From an uncultured Heliomicrobium sp. (GTDB lineage Bacteria; Acidobacteriota; Blastocatellia; RBC074), in the NCBI GenBank assembly GCA_964645355.1, contig CAZXZU010000002.1:1-59471 (forward strand): a stretch of DNA of 59,471 nt. Direction: 5' to 3'. Shown here piece by piece: positions 7,321 through 17,631 of the stretch (positions are counted from its first letter, which is position 1; every line of letters starts with the position of its first letter). A program made the position numbers and the translations under genes. The notes beneath the pieces were generated by a model. It ran no database searches. It saw nothing but the letters and a program-made list of their open reading frames with translations, and was not told the origin of the DNA.

Positions 7321-10300
7321 TTAGCGAATTCGGCGGATCGCGTTGTTCTTCGAGTCGGCAAAGATAATGTCGCCGCCGGGAGCCACGCTGATGCTGATGT
7401 TCACGCGAACATCAAAGCGCGTCCCTGAAGTAGAGGTCTGGAAATCCGTCGCCTCCAGATTCAGCAACGCATTGGCGGCGGGGCCGCCGTCACCGGCGTA
7501 ACCTTGAACGCCTCCGGCAAAAACCGTCGCCGTGCCCGTCGTGCCGCTGATCACAATCTTCAGAAGTTTGTTGTCGCTCCTGCCGGATTCAGACGGTCCG
7601 GCATTGGTGACATAAAGCGCGCCGTCTTTGCCTTCGGCCACGTCACGCGGATTCTTGAGCAATGAGCCAGTGCCGCCGCTCAAGATCGTGTCGAAGCAGC
7701 CAGCCGGAGTGGTTGCACACTGCCCTGAAGCTTTCTCGCGCAGAATTGCGCTGTTGCCAAAGTTGGTGTTGGCTACGGTGGTTCCGGTCTTCCTGCCTGC
7801 ATTGGCGACCAACAAACGGCCAGCCGAATCGAACCCGACTCCGGTGAAAGCGTCGTTCACTCCACCGGTCAGAATCGTCGAAACCGCGCCGGTCGAACGA
7901 TTGACACGGCGAACAAGCGAGGCAGCGACACTGCCGTTTTGTTCACCGGCATCGGCGATATAAAGGTCGCCTGTCGTCGGATGAATCGCCAGGTCAGTCG
8001 GCCCCAGGAATCTGGCCGCGGTCGGATTGGCTCCATCACCAACAGTTGACGAACTGACGCTGCCGCCGGCGATAGTCGCAATGTTCCCAGGCGGAACCGT
8101 GATCGGGATTCCAGTGCCGCCGGTAGAGTAGAAAGTCACCGGACTGGCGGAAGTGTTGATGAAACGGATCAACCCTGTGCGACGGGAAATCGTTGTGATC
8201 GTTGCGCCTCTTCTGGAATCGGCAATAAAGATTCCCTGCGCGGTTGCGACAATGCCTTGCGGCGTGTCGAAAGCCGCCGAATTGACCGGCGCTCCGTCAG
8301 TCGGGCCGTTACCAACGTCTTTGTTGACGGTCACAATCGTACCGGGCGCAACTGTTTGTTGAGCCTGAGTGCCGTTGAAGATCGTCACCGGCGCTGTGCC
8401 GCAATTGACGAATTGCAAACGGCTGACCGTCGAATTGGTGACCCACAGATTGCCATTGGCATCCATCGTCGCACTGAGCGGCGCGAACAAATCGCCGCTC
8501 GATGCCAGACTTCCATCAAACGGCGAAGCAAGCCCGCTGCCTGCGACTGTGTTGATGTTGTTGGCGGGAATTGCCACTCCCGCAACTTCGGTCGCACTCG
8601 CGCTTAGGTTCATGTAGCGAATGCGCCCTTTGAAGGTCTGGCCTTGATCCAACACGAAAATGCCTTTGCTGTCCGCGGAAATGCCGGCCAGCGGCGGCGT
8701 AGCAGTGCTGCCAAGCAGGTTGAAACCTGATTGATCTATCGTGCCGCCGTCACCGCAAGTCGAAGACGAATAATCGCAAGCCATATCAAGCGTTCCCGCG
8801 ATAACAGTGCCGGCAGCCGAAGCGCTGGCCGGATTCGTTACCGCAACAATCGTCTGCTGATTGCCCAAAGCGGCGTAAAGTTTGCCGCCGAAGAACGTCA
8901 GGCCTGAAATAAACGGGTTATTCCACGACCCCGGAGGAGGCGGAACATCCAGTTGGTAAGCCGAAAAGATATTGCCTCCGCCATCAACACGCGCAACACG
9001 ACCATGCCCCGTGTCGGCAATATACAAATTGCCGGCCGGATCAAAGACCAACCCGCGCGGTTGAAGCAGTGGAACACTGGTGGCAGCCACGCCATTGGTC
9101 AAAGGTTCGTTGCGAAGCGAAGTTGCGCCATTGCCCGCAAATGCGACCGGCGCGCCGCCTGCGGCGGGTATCTTGAAGATTTTATTTGCGCCTGCGGTGG
9201 CGTCACCGACGTAAATATCGCCAGTGGTCGGATGAACCGCCAATGCATTGATCGTACTGCCAAGCACGCTGCCGGTATAAAGGGTTCCGACATTGCCAAC
9301 GCCAATGCTGGCGCCGCCAATCGTCTTGGCACTGCTTGAGGCATTCCAGGCACGAACAGCCACCGAAATGGAATCGGCATAGTAAAGAATGTCGCCGCTG
9401 GAACTGACGCCCAAGCCGGTGGTTGTTCCCGCGTCGGCATTTCGTCCGGGGATGTTGTCAGCCCCATCCAAACCGCCGCCGACTACCGTGCGGATCGTTC
9501 CGGGAGCTATCTTCATTCCACCAATAGTCACCGCATTGCGTGTCGTGTTGAAAAATCGAATGTAGTTGCCGGAATTGGCCACATCCACAAAATAAACTCC
9601 GCGTCCCATCGGATCAGTCGCGGCGACAGCCGGGGTGATGATGTTCACCCTCAAACCGGGATTGCCATCGCCAAGCTGGCCGCCGACAAGAGTGTCAATG
9701 ATCGGGGTGGTGTTGGTGAATGTGCTTCCGCGCGTATCCAGCTTGCCACCGCTGAGAGCCAACACACCGCCGCTGGCGCTGTTACCGATCTGTGAATTCG
9801 TGACTTTGACGTTCGTCCCGTCTGAAATAACTTCGGCGTTGCCCAAACTGCAGGCGGAAGAAGTCGAACCGCCATTTTGCACGCTGACATAATTCAGTAT
9901 GCAGTTGGCCATCGCGTTGCGCGCGAAGAAGATCGCGCCAAAATTACCGCCGCCCGGAATCTTGTCGAAAGTGATTAATTGATTTGCCGCGGGCGCTCCG
10001 GGCTGGGTGCCAAGATAAATGCCTGCGTAACCGTTTGCGGCAATACAGCCGACTCGATCCGTCGCGTAATCGCCTGCCTGGAAATTCAGATCGGCCGCAA
10101 GCTGTATGTTCGCCCCGGCTGAGATCGTCAATTCGGCGGGTGATGCGGGAGCAGCCGCTCCGACAATTGCCGGATTCGCGCAATCACCGGCTATTTGAAT
10201 CGGCACAGCGCCCTGTCCGACCAGCACTCCTGATTTGCTGAAATCATTCGACGCCACATCGGCGGTAGTGCCAATGCGAACCGCGTTGAGTTGATTGCCT

Positions 10301-11949
10301 ACAAAATCGTTCGCCGATGAATAGTAGTAAGAGGCGTCGCCAACACTGGTCGCAATCGTAGCTCCGGTTGCCGGAAGGTCATACAGCCCCAAAGCTGCAT
10401 TGCCGCTGACCAGTAGCGCCGCATCCGTGGCCGCCGTGCCATTGCCTTCAACACGGTTACGGGAAAAACCGATGACGCTGTCATTCGCGCCAACCGCCCT
10501 CAACCCCGAACCCGCGCTATTGCGAAGAACGCCGTCGGTAAAACGTAAAGTGCGTCCAGAACCGCTGATGTTGATCCCGCCAAATCCGCTTCCGCCACCA
10601 TATTCGATCACGACGTTGCGCATGCTCATCGTGGCGGTCGAAGCTACGGTAGCGTCAATTCCGCCCCAGGCTCCGTTAGTCGGAACCGAAGCTCCCGGCG
10701 AACGTTGCGCGGTGAAAACGATTTGCGCGGCTGTAGCTGAAACGCCCGGCGTGCCTCCGTCAGCATTGATATTTCCGCCTCCGGCAATCGAAAGCGCGGC
10801 TCCGCCGGCGACGTAAATCACCGTGCCAGCCGGAATCGGAGTTGAAGAGCTAAGCGTGGAATTGCCTGAAATCAGATAAGCGGCGGCGCTTGGGAAAGCG
10901 CCGCCGGGAATGGTTCCGGTCAATGTGGTTGCCGGAACGCCAGTCACCGTCAGGCGACCGCGAATCGTGCTTGAACCTTGACCGCCCGCTGTTCCACCGG
11001 GATTGGTAACGCGCACACTGTAAATTGCGGCGGCGGTTCCGGCAGGAACTGTTGCTGTAATTGAAGTCGCCGTCGCCGTCACGCCGGTCATCGCAACCGG
11101 AGCGCCGCTGGCAGGCAACAATTCAACCGTCGGCGTGCCGGTAAAGCCGCGACCGATGATCGTCACGCTGGTGCCTGTCCCGGCATTGACCTGAACCGCC
11201 GCCGGAGCAACGCTTTCAGCAGCCACGCCCAGATCGGCGATTACTTTGTAGGTGAAAAAGAAGCTTGGCGGTTGGTTGGCTACGGCGAATGTCCAAACAC
11301 GAGTTGCCGCGGCCCCAGCCGCCATGTCGCCATATTCGCGCGAAACGCTCAGCTTGCCGTTATACGCAACCTGGCCGTCGCTGAAATAAGCGAATCCGTT
11401 CGCTCCGGGAACATTCCCCGCGTCAGCGCCACCTGCATTGGTCACCTTGAAACTCGTAAAGACTACGCGAGTGTTGTAAAGCGTCGCGCTTGAGTTGTTC
11501 GTCAGCTCGAATTCACCGGTCACTGTCGGCGGATTGTCGGCATTGTTAATAAAGGCGCTACGAATCACTCGCCGCCCAAAGCCTGTGACCTCGCCGCTCG
11601 GATCGCTGCGAGAATACAACCGTGAATCTTTGCCGCCAGTCGTGCGTGTACTCTTGGAATTGACAGTGAAGGTACGAGTCTTACTGTCGAAATAACCCTC
11701 GAACTCGCCCACGACTGAACCTTGCATACCTTCGCTTTGTTCGAAGGTACGACCGTTAAGTGAAACCAGCGAAGCGGCCTTAGCCGCCGGCGCGGACGCC
11801 GCCATCGCTGCGCTTACCTTGCGCTCTGCCGCCTGGTGACGCCAGTTCATCAAACCGGCGCCTGCCAAAAATACGGCAACTAGCGCAAGAACAACCGCCC
11901 GGCGTGACGCCAAGCGGTACAAATTGAAAATGTATTCGCGACCAGCCAT
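7321..11949 (-). CDS. very large (1542 aa) membrane-anchored/secreted protein with an IPT/TIG-like domain, a beta-helix-like region and many NHL-type repeats
   Basis: N-terminal anchor RRAVVLALVAVFLAGAGL. IPT-like VTIIGRGFTGTPTVELL...SVRVTNPGG. NHL-like units such as PRGLVFDPAGNLYIADTGHGRVARV, DLAIHPTTGDLYIADAG and PRDVAEGKDGALYVTNAG. Confidence 0.8.
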   Translation of the reverse strand: MAGREYIFNLYRLASRRAVVLALVAVFLAGAGLMNWRHQAAERKVSAAMAASAPAAKAASLVSLNGRTFEQSEGMQGSVVGEFEGYFDSKTRTFTVNSKSTRTTGGKDSRLYSRSDPSGEVTGFGRRVIRSAFINNADNPPTVTGEFELTNNSSATLYNTRVVFTSFKVTNAGGADAGNVPGANGFAYFSDGQVAYNGKLSVSREYGDMAAGAAATRVWTFAVANQPPSFFFTYKVIADLGVAAESVAPAAVQVNAGTGTSVTIIGRGFTGTPTVELLPASGAPVAMTGVTATATSITATVPAGTAAAIYSVRVTNPGGTAGGQGSSTIRGRLTVTGVPATTLTGTIPGGAFPSAAAYLISGNSTLSSSTPIPAGTVIYVAGGAALSIAGGGNINADGGTPGVSATAAQIVFTAQRSPGASVPTNGAWGGIDATVASTATMSMRNVVIEYGGGSGFGGINISGSGRTLRFTDGVLRNSAGSGLRAVGANDSVIGFSRNRVEGNGTAATDAALLVSGNAALGLYDLPATGATIATSVGDASYYYSSANDFVGNQLNAVRIGTTADVASNDFSKSGVLVGQGAVPIQIAGDCANPAIVGAAAPASPAELTISAGANIQLAADLNFQAGDYATDRVGCIAANGYAGIYLGTQPGAPAANQLITFDKIPGGGNFGAIFFARNAMANCILNYVSVQNGGSTSSACSLGNAEVISDGTNVKVTNSQIGNSASGGVLALSGGKLDTRGSTFTNTTPIIDTLVGGQLGDGNPGLRVNIITPAVAATDPMGRGVYFVDVANSGNYIRFFNTTRNAVTIGGMKIAPGTIRTVVGGGLDGADNIPGRNADAGTTTGLGVSSSGDILYYADSISVAVRAWNASSSAKTIGGASIGVGNVGTLYTGSVLGSTINALAVHPTTGDIYVGDATAGANKIFKIPAAGGAPVAFAGNGATSLRNEPLTNGVAATSVPLLQPRGLVFDPAGNLYIADTGHGRVARVDGGGNIFSAYQLDVPPPPGSWNNPFISGLTFFGGKLYAALGNQQTIVAVTNPASASAAGTVIAGTLDMACDYSSSTCGDGGTIDQSGFNLLGSTATPPLAGISADSKGIFVLDQGQTFKGRIRYMNLSASATEVAGVAIPANNINTVAGSGLASPFDGSLASSGDLFAPLSATMDANGNLWVTNSTVSRLQFVNCGTAPVTIFNGTQAQQTVAPGTIVTVNKDVGNGPTDGAPVNSAAFDTPQGIVATAQGIFIADSRRGATITTISRRTGLIRFINTSASPVTFYSTGGTGIPITVPPGNIATIAGGSVSSSTVGDGANPTAARFLGPTDLAIHPTTGDLYIADAGEQNGSVAASLVRRVNRSTGAVSTILTGGVNDAFTGVGFDSAGRLLVANAGRKTGTTVANTNFGNSAILREKASGQCATTPAGCFDTILSGGTGSLLKNPRDVAEGKDGALYVTNAGPSESGRSDNKLLKIVISGTTGTATVFAGGVQGYAGDGGPAANALLNLEATDFQTSTSGTRFDVRVNISISVAPGGDIIFADSKNNAIRRIR

Positions 11950-12909
11950 TGTTGTTCTGACTCCTTATTTTCTATGGCGAGGAGATTTGCCGCAAAGCTT
12001 CATCGGCCTTGCGACTAGCCACTTTTTAAGATGTTCTATCAACTATCGCCGGGCTTTCGCCCAGTTACTACATAAAGCCACAAATCCGAATAAAACAGGC
12101 AAATCGCAATCTGATTTGCTGCAAGTCCACACTTCGGCGCAAACCCTGGCACAGCTTCCCGGTCACGCTCACGAAGCGACTGCAAAATAATAATGAATTA
12201 CAGGAGCACCTGATTTTATGTGTTGGAGCACCACACCCACGGGAGTAATTGAAATGTACGGAACCATAGAAGGAGAGCTACATTTTTACAGTCTTTTTGG
12301 CTCTCCCATCACTGCGAGCTTTCTGAAGTTAAATACTACTTGAGTGCGTGAGATGGATTGGCGGGCACGTATATGATGAATGGTGTTTGACAAACTCATC
12401 CTTAATTCTTTTTCCTCAATCATTCTCTTTCACTCTCAATCAAGGGTTGCAGTCGTCTACAGACCTATTTGGGGCACCAACTTTATTCTCTATCAGGCCT
12501 TAGATCGAACCCTGGATCATTAAGATTTGTGAGGCACGGCAATTTGAGAAGCAACTGAAATCAGCACCAGTGAGGAGGATCAGGTGTTGCCGTTGAATTG
12601 ATTCGTTTCACCGAATCCGCGACGCATCTTAGCCAACGACCTAAACTCCGTCAAGCGGTAATTTGGCGCGTCATTACTGTTTATCGTTCTTCAGCGGTTA
12701 CTTGCACAAACTTGATGCGACGATGATTGTCGGCGCAAATTTCTTCCGCCATAAACGGTTTCTTGAAATGAAATATGGCGATTGCTAAGATGTCCGCCGT
12801 TCGCAAAAACGTAAGTTTTTAACCGGCGCTTGTCATTTGGCAAGCCGCCTTTTCCACAGCTTGCGGACACGTAAGCTGCAGGGAAGTTGCAAAAAAGGGA
12901 GTGAGTAGT

Positions 12910-14502
12910 ATGCAAACAGGATTTGATCAAATCATCAACGTCAATCGTCACTATCGCATCAACTGGACTCTGATGAGTCTTATCGCAGCCGGGGTTTTGC
13001 TGATCGGCGCGGTTTTCGGCTCAGCGGCCACATCGCGCGGCTGGTTCAAAAACGGCGGAGATAACAAGGCCCCGCTGAACGTTTCGTCGGATTCACAGAT
13101 CAATCAGCAGATCACACTTAATGGCGGCTTTTCTTCCATCGCCAAAGCCGTCACGCCGGCCGTCGTGGTCATCAACGTCAGCAGCCGCAAACAACGGCAA
13201 TCACCTTTTTCCTTCGATCCGTTCGGCGAATTGTTCGGCAATCCGGATCAAGATGACGAAGGAACTCCGCGCCGCCGAGTCATCCCTCGCGGAGACCAAC
13301 AGCCGCCGCAGGGACGCAGCCCGTTGCAGCGCGTCGGAACAGGTTCCGGCGTGATCGTCAGCACGGACGGTTACATCATCACGAACAATCACGTCGTCGA
13401 AGGCGCTGACAAAGTCGAAGTCGAGCTTGCCGATAAGCGCACCTTCAAGGCGACGGTCGTCGGAACCGATGCGCCTAGCGACATTGCGGTCATCAAGGTT
13501 GACGCAACAAGTCTGCCGAGTATTCCGTTCGGCGATTCAGACAAAGTCGAAGTCGGCGACATTGTACTGGCCGTTGGCAATCCATTGGACATCGGCCAAA
13601 CCGTGACCATGGGAATTATCAGCGCCAAAGGCCGCCGTTCGCCCGGAGGCGGCAACAACACCTTTGAAGACTTCCTGCAAACCGACGCTTCGATCAATCG
13701 CGGAAATTCCGGCGGAGCTTTGGTCAATCTGCGCGGCGAGTTGATTGGCATACCGTCGCAAATTCTGTCGCAAACCGGCGGCAGCATAGGCATAGGCTTT
13801 GCCATCCCGACCAAGATGGCGCGCGGCGTCATGGATCAATTGCTGCGTAACGGCAAAGTCAGCCGTGGAATGCTCGGCGTCAACATTACTCCGGTCAGAC
13901 CGGAACTGGCTGAAGCTTTCGGTTACAAAGGCACCAAAGGCGCGTTCATTCAAAATGTCACCCCGGATTCGCCAGCCGCGTTGGCCGGAGTCAAACGCGG
14001 CGACATCGTCACGGAATTTCAAGGCCAGCGCATCGAAGACAGCGACCAGCTTCGCACCCTGACTTCGCAAACTGCGCCTGGCACTACAGTCAAATTCAAA
14101 GTCTGGCGCGAAGGCACAGAGCGCGAATTGTCCGCCAAACTGACTGAGCGAATTCTTTCAGCCAACGCCGATAAGCCTGAAGAACCAGGCGGTAGTCAGG
14201 GCAGCGAAGCCGGTGGAGTGCTTTCGGGCGTTCGAGTCGAAAACATCACCCCTGAACTGGCTCAACGGCTAAGGCTTTCTGCCAGCGCCAAAGGCGTCGT
14301 CATCGTCAGCGTTGACCCGAACAGCAATGCCGCTGTCGCAGGTCTGGGGCGAGGCATGGTGATTGAAGAAATCGCTCGCCAACCAATCGGCAACGTCAAC
14401 GATTTCAACGCCGCACTGCAAAAGCTAGGCAACAAGAAGAGCGTCCTGCTCAGCGTGGCAACGCCGCAAGGTTCCAGTTACGTTGTGGTCAAGGAAGAAT
14501 AG
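12910..14502 (+). CDS. htrA: HtrA/DegP-family periplasmic serine endoprotease with two PDZ domains
   Basis: Catalytic motifs TNNHVV, DIAVIK and GNSGGALVNLRGELIGI, followed by two PDZ-like segments. ATG 12910 is preceded by AAGGGAG. The track start at 12901 is a GTG. Confidence 0.9.
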   Translation: MQTGFDQIINVNRHYRINWTLMSLIAAGVLLIGAVFGSAATSRGWFKNGGDNKAPLNVSSDSQINQQITLNGGFSSIAKAVTPAVVVINVSSRKQRQSPFSFDPFGELFGNPDQDDEGTPRRRVIPRGDQQPPQGRSPLQRVGTGSGVIVSTDGYIITNNHVVEGADKVEVELADKRTFKATVVGTDAPSDIAVIKVDATSLPSIPFGDSDKVEVGDIVLAVGNPLDIGQTVTMGIISAKGRRSPGGGNNTFEDFLQTDASINRGNSGGALVNLRGELIGIPSQILSQTGGSIGIGFAIPTKMARGVMDQLLRNGKVSRGMLGVNITPVRPELAEAFGYKGTKGAFIQNVTPDSPAALAGVKRGDIVTEFQGQRIEDSDQLRTLTSQTAPGTTVKFKVWREGTERELSAKLTERILSANADKPEEPGGSQGSEAGGVLSGVRVENITPELAQRLRLSASAKGVVIVSVDPNSNAAVAGLGRGMVIEEIARQPIGNVNDFNAALQKLGNKKSVLLSVATPQGSSYVVVKEE

Positions 14503-14526
14503 TTCCGGCGCTACAACGGCGAAAAA

Positions 14527-14563
14527 CAAAAGGCTGAGTCTCAAATGAAGACTCAGCCTTTTG
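14527..14563. terminator. bidirectional rho-independent terminator between convergent htrA and the GH43-like gene
   Basis: aaaaGGCTGAGTCTcaaatgaAGACTCAGCCtttt: an 11-bp perfect stem flanked by an A-run and a T-run. Confidence 0.75.
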
Positions 14564-14587
14564 TTTTATCCACGAACAAAGCCTGAT

Positions 14588-15571
14588 TCAGCGCCCGGCT
14601 TCCACTCCAAATTTGATCAGTTTTTCAGCCACAGCCTTGCTAATTTTCAAAGCCGTGCCGTGACGGAAATCTTTGGGAAACGACAACTGGCCGGAAATGT
14701 CTTCCCACTTCTTCAGGTCTGAAGACTTCATCGCGCCATAACGGTGATCGCGGTATTGATCGAAGTAAACGATCCATTCGTTGCCAACTTTCAATACCGT
14801 AGGCCCTTCGACCCAATCGCGCGTGAACGGTTCAGCCGCCTGGCTGTAAGGGCCTTCGGCTTTGTCGGCAAAGGCAAGCCGCAGATTTTTCTTCACCGGA
14901 TTTTGCCGCTCATCTTTCAACACCATCACGAATTGTTTGCCGTGTCTGAAAACCGTTGAGTCAATCACGTTGAAGCCCGGATCGTAAAAAAGCTTCGTCG
15001 GGCTGAAGGTTTTGAAGTCTTTGGTCGTCACGAAATACACACGATGATTCAAACCGTTGTTGCCGGTCGCTTCGGTTTCGGGAAACCTGCCCGGAATCGT
15101 CGTCGCCCAAAAGATCAGCCACTGCTTTTTGGCTTCGTCGAAAAACAATTCAGGCGCCCACGAATTGCGAGCCGTCGCTTCGTGCGTCATCACAGGAATC
15201 GCTTGCTGCGGAGTCCAGTTGATCAAATCCTTTGAGCTTGAATAGCCTATGATTTTTTCTCGCCAGCCGGTCGTCCAAACCATGTGAAAAGTTCCGTCCC
15301 TGCCCGCGACAATGCACGGATCGCGCATCAGCTTTTCATTGCTGCCAAGCTCCGGCTTCTGAAACGACTTGTCCTGATTCAGCGCCGTCCACTGCAAACC
15401 GTCGCGGCTAATGGCCAGATGCAAACCGTCTTCGCCGTTGCCGCGAAACGAAGTGAACAGATAGTACGGGCGATTGTCAGCAATAGAGCCGACTTCCCTG
15501 CCCGCAAAAATCGCCGCCAACGCAATCAGCGTGGCGGCGACAAAAGCAAAATAAGGTCGAGTGTTTTTCAT
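14588..15571 (-). CDS. GH43-like five-bladed beta-propeller glycoside hydrolase
   Basis: Signal anchor. Motifs MRDPCIV, WAPELFF and WVEGPTVL are spaced as in GH43/GH32-type propellers. Confidence 0.65.
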   Translation of the reverse strand: MKNTRPYFAFVAATLIALAAIFAGREVGSIADNRPYYLFTSFRGNGEDGLHLAISRDGLQWTALNQDKSFQKPELGSNEKLMRDPCIVAGRDGTFHMVWTTGWREKIIGYSSSKDLINWTPQQAIPVMTHEATARNSWAPELFFDEAKKQWLIFWATTIPGRFPETEATGNNGLNHRVYFVTTKDFKTFSPTKLFYDPGFNVIDSTVFRHGKQFVMVLKDERQNPVKKNLRLAFADKAEGPYSQAAEPFTRDWVEGPTVLKVGNEWIVYFDQYRDHRYGAMKSSDLKKWEDISGQLSFPKDFRHGTALKISKAVAEKLIKFGVEAGR

Positions 15572-15591
15572 CGTCTTCTCTTCAACGCCTT

Positions 15592-17007
15592 TCAGCGCCT
15601 GACCGCAGTTCGCCGTTTGGTGAAAGCGTTGCGGACGTAATCCCGAATCGAGCTTTGCAGCAGAGGCAATTCGCTTTCGTTCGTGGCGACGACCATCAAG
15701 CTCATGCTGCCCATTTCGTCGAACGAGCCTTCGCCCCAGGTGACGCGCTTCGGCGGCGAACTTGGGTTGTGTGGATTTTCAGCCGTGTTGTCATAAGTGA
15801 TCCTCACATCCAGCCGGGTTCCCTTCGGCAGCGAAACCGCTTCCTTGAATTGATACTGGCCTTGCCAGGCGAAGTCCCAGTCGTTGATCCAAAGCAGTTT
15901 TTTCTTCTCACCGTTCGGCAGCGTCGCCATCAAGTGCATCTGCTTAGCCAGGTAATGAGCATGCGCGCCTGTGCCATAAGCCTTCACATCAACCGGCAAC
16001 ACAAACGAATCCTGAATCGTGTACTCCTTCGCTCCTGGCGGAATGTCCAAACCTTCAAAGACGCCAAACAGCGGAGGCAGTTGAACTCCGGTGAAAGTTT
16101 TGGTCGGGGCTTTGTCGGCGAAGTAAATGCCAACGGTTGAAATCTCTTTTTCGACTTTGCCCGACGGATGGAAGTGAGACGACAAAACCAGATCGGAACC
16201 TTTCGGCAAAAAGTACGCCAGCCCAGCGGGCATTTCCTGCGATTGAGCACCGACCGCCCAACCGCCCAAACTGCCGCCCAGCCGCGCAGCCTGCGCCGGA
16301 GTTGAATTATTGCCCTGCCCTCCTAAACCGAACCGCGCGGCGAAGCGCTGGCCGGTGAAAGCCATGCCTCCGGCAAAACCCGGCTGCGGATCGGCTGCAT
16401 CCAGCTTGCGAGCTTCGCCGGTGGCGTCGCTGAAAAACAAGCTGTGATGAACCACCGTGCGAGCGCCCGGGCGAAATTCAATCGCGCGAACCCATTTGTC
16501 TTCGGTCAGATTCAGCGGCAAAGCGAAGTTGTGGTAAATGTCCGGGCCATCGGCAGGAATGGTAAACGCTTCGCTCATTTTGACTACCAGATCGGGTTTG
16601 CCCAATTGCCAACCTTCGGGAAATTTCGGCATCGCAGGCAGCTTGGCTGGATTGCCTTCGGGCATTCCGGCGGCGACCCATTGCTTGATAGTTTCGATCT
16701 GAGCCGAAGTCAGACGGCGTTCGTGTTTGAATTCGTAATCGCCTTTGTCCGCTTTCCACGGAGGCATCTGCCGCGATTCGGCGACGGTGGCCAGCAGCTT
16801 GCCGCGTTTTTTGGCGTCGGCGTAATTCATCAATGTGAACGGAGCGGCTTCGCCTGGGCGATGACACGACGTGCAGTTGTTGAAGATGATCGGCGCAACG
16901 TGTTCGGTGAAATTGACCGAAGCACTTTCCGCTCGCTTGCTGCTGAAAACTGCAACTCCCAGCACGACAGCCAAAACAAAAAACGATATGAACAACCTGA
17001 TCTTCAT
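15592..17007 (-). CDS. haem c-binding (CxxCH) protein with a copper type II ascorbate-dependent monooxygenase-like domain
   Basis: Signal peptide MKIRLFISFFVLAVVLGVAVF. NCTSCHRPGEAAPF...MPPW. Later VVHHSLFF and GAHAHYLAKQMHLM (H-H / H-x-H...M pattern). ATG 17007 has a GGAG RBS. The track ORF is extended 5' to 17280. Confidence 0.7.
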   Translation of the reverse strand: MKIRLFISFFVLAVVLGVAVFSSKRAESASVNFTEHVAPIIFNNCTSCHRPGEAAPFTLMNYADAKKRGKLLATVAESRQMPPWKADKGDYEFKHERRLTSAQIETIKQWVAAGMPEGNPAKLPAMPKFPEGWQLGKPDLVVKMSEAFTIPADGPDIYHNFALPLNLTEDKWVRAIEFRPGARTVVHHSLFFSDATGEARKLDAADPQPGFAGGMAFTGQRFAARFGLGGQGNNSTPAQAARLGGSLGGWAVGAQSQEMPAGLAYFLPKGSDLVLSSHFHPSGKVEKEISTVGIYFADKAPTKTFTGVQLPPLFGVFEGLDIPPGAKEYTIQDSFVLPVDVKAYGTGAHAHYLAKQMHLMATLPNGEKKKLLWINDWDFAWQGQYQFKEAVSLPKGTRLDVRITYDNTAENPHNPSSPPKRVTWGEGSFDEMGSMSLMVVATNESELPLLQSSIRDYVRNAFTKRRTAVRR

Positions 17008-17035
17008 ACTTTGCTCCTTCGGAACTACATGCTTT

Positions 17036-17623
17036 TCAATTTTGCGCGGTGATGTAACAGCCAATTGTTGAAGTCCGCGCAATGGGAACTTTGCGGTTTT
17101 GCAAAACTGCTTCGAGCGCGTTTCGCAGATCGCGTTCGGTAACAACGCGGCGAGGTTTGCCCAAAGCTTCGTAAAGATTATCAATCCGCCCGCGATAAAC
17201 GATTGCGCCTTTCTGCCCGACGACTGCAACTTCCGGCGTGATCGAAGCTCCGGCGGCGGCAACCAGTTGATGCTTAACATCGTGAATCACCGGAACTCCG
17301 GGCAGGTTGAATTCGCGCCCGTGCTTTTCAATCTCTTTCACCGAAGCCGCCGCGTCAACGTAAACCAAAAAGAAACGAACCGGCTTCGATTTGTAATCCT
17401 GCGCGATGCGAGCGATTTCCGGCGCAAACCGGTTGGAGATCGGGCAATCCTGCAAAATAAAAAACAGCACCGTCGCTTGCTGACCGTCCAGTTTGAAAGG
17501 CGATTGCGAACGCCCGGCAATGTCTTTGATCGTCAGTGAAACATCGGGCACGGTTTGCCGGTCTTGCGCCTGAACGCCAAGCGCGGCAATCGCCAAAAAC
17601 AAACTCAGCAAAACTTTCTTCAT
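17036..17623 (-). CDS. secreted redoxin/thioredoxin-fold protein (single-Cys CPIS motif)
   Basis: Signal peptide MKKVLLSLFLAIAALGVQAQ. ATVLFFILQDCPISNRFAPE has an AhpC/TSA-redoxin-like layout. ATG 17623 lies 8 nt after the upstream stop. Confidence 0.7.
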   Translation of the reverse strand: MKKVLLSLFLAIAALGVQAQDRQTVPDVSLTIKDIAGRSQSPFKLDGQQATVLFFILQDCPISNRFAPEIARIAQDYKSKPVRFFLVYVDAAASVKEIEKHGREFNLPGVPVIHDVKHQLVAAAGASITPEVAVVGQKGAIVYRGRIDNLYEALGKPRRVVTERDLRNALEAVLQNRKVPIARTSTIGCYITAQN

Positions 17624-17631
17624 ACAGTTCA

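Noticed and set aside
12500-12530. GGGTTCGATC T-loop-like motif (minus strand) suggesting a tRNA in the long intergenic gap
   Set aside because: The flanking bases cannot form a T-stem (CAGGG versus TAAGG). No acceptor or anticodon arms could be drawn.
17008-17280. 5' extensions of track ORFs beyond the starts I chose (also 18160-18213, 25968-26057, 36262-36384, 37199-37246, 39319-39399, 42216-42386, 45832-45924, 46766-46891 and 55750-55938)
   Set aside because: The extensions run through palindromic repeats or the upstream gene and lack RBSs. Internal ATGs with GGAG-type RBSs give proper signal peptides or family-typical N-termini.
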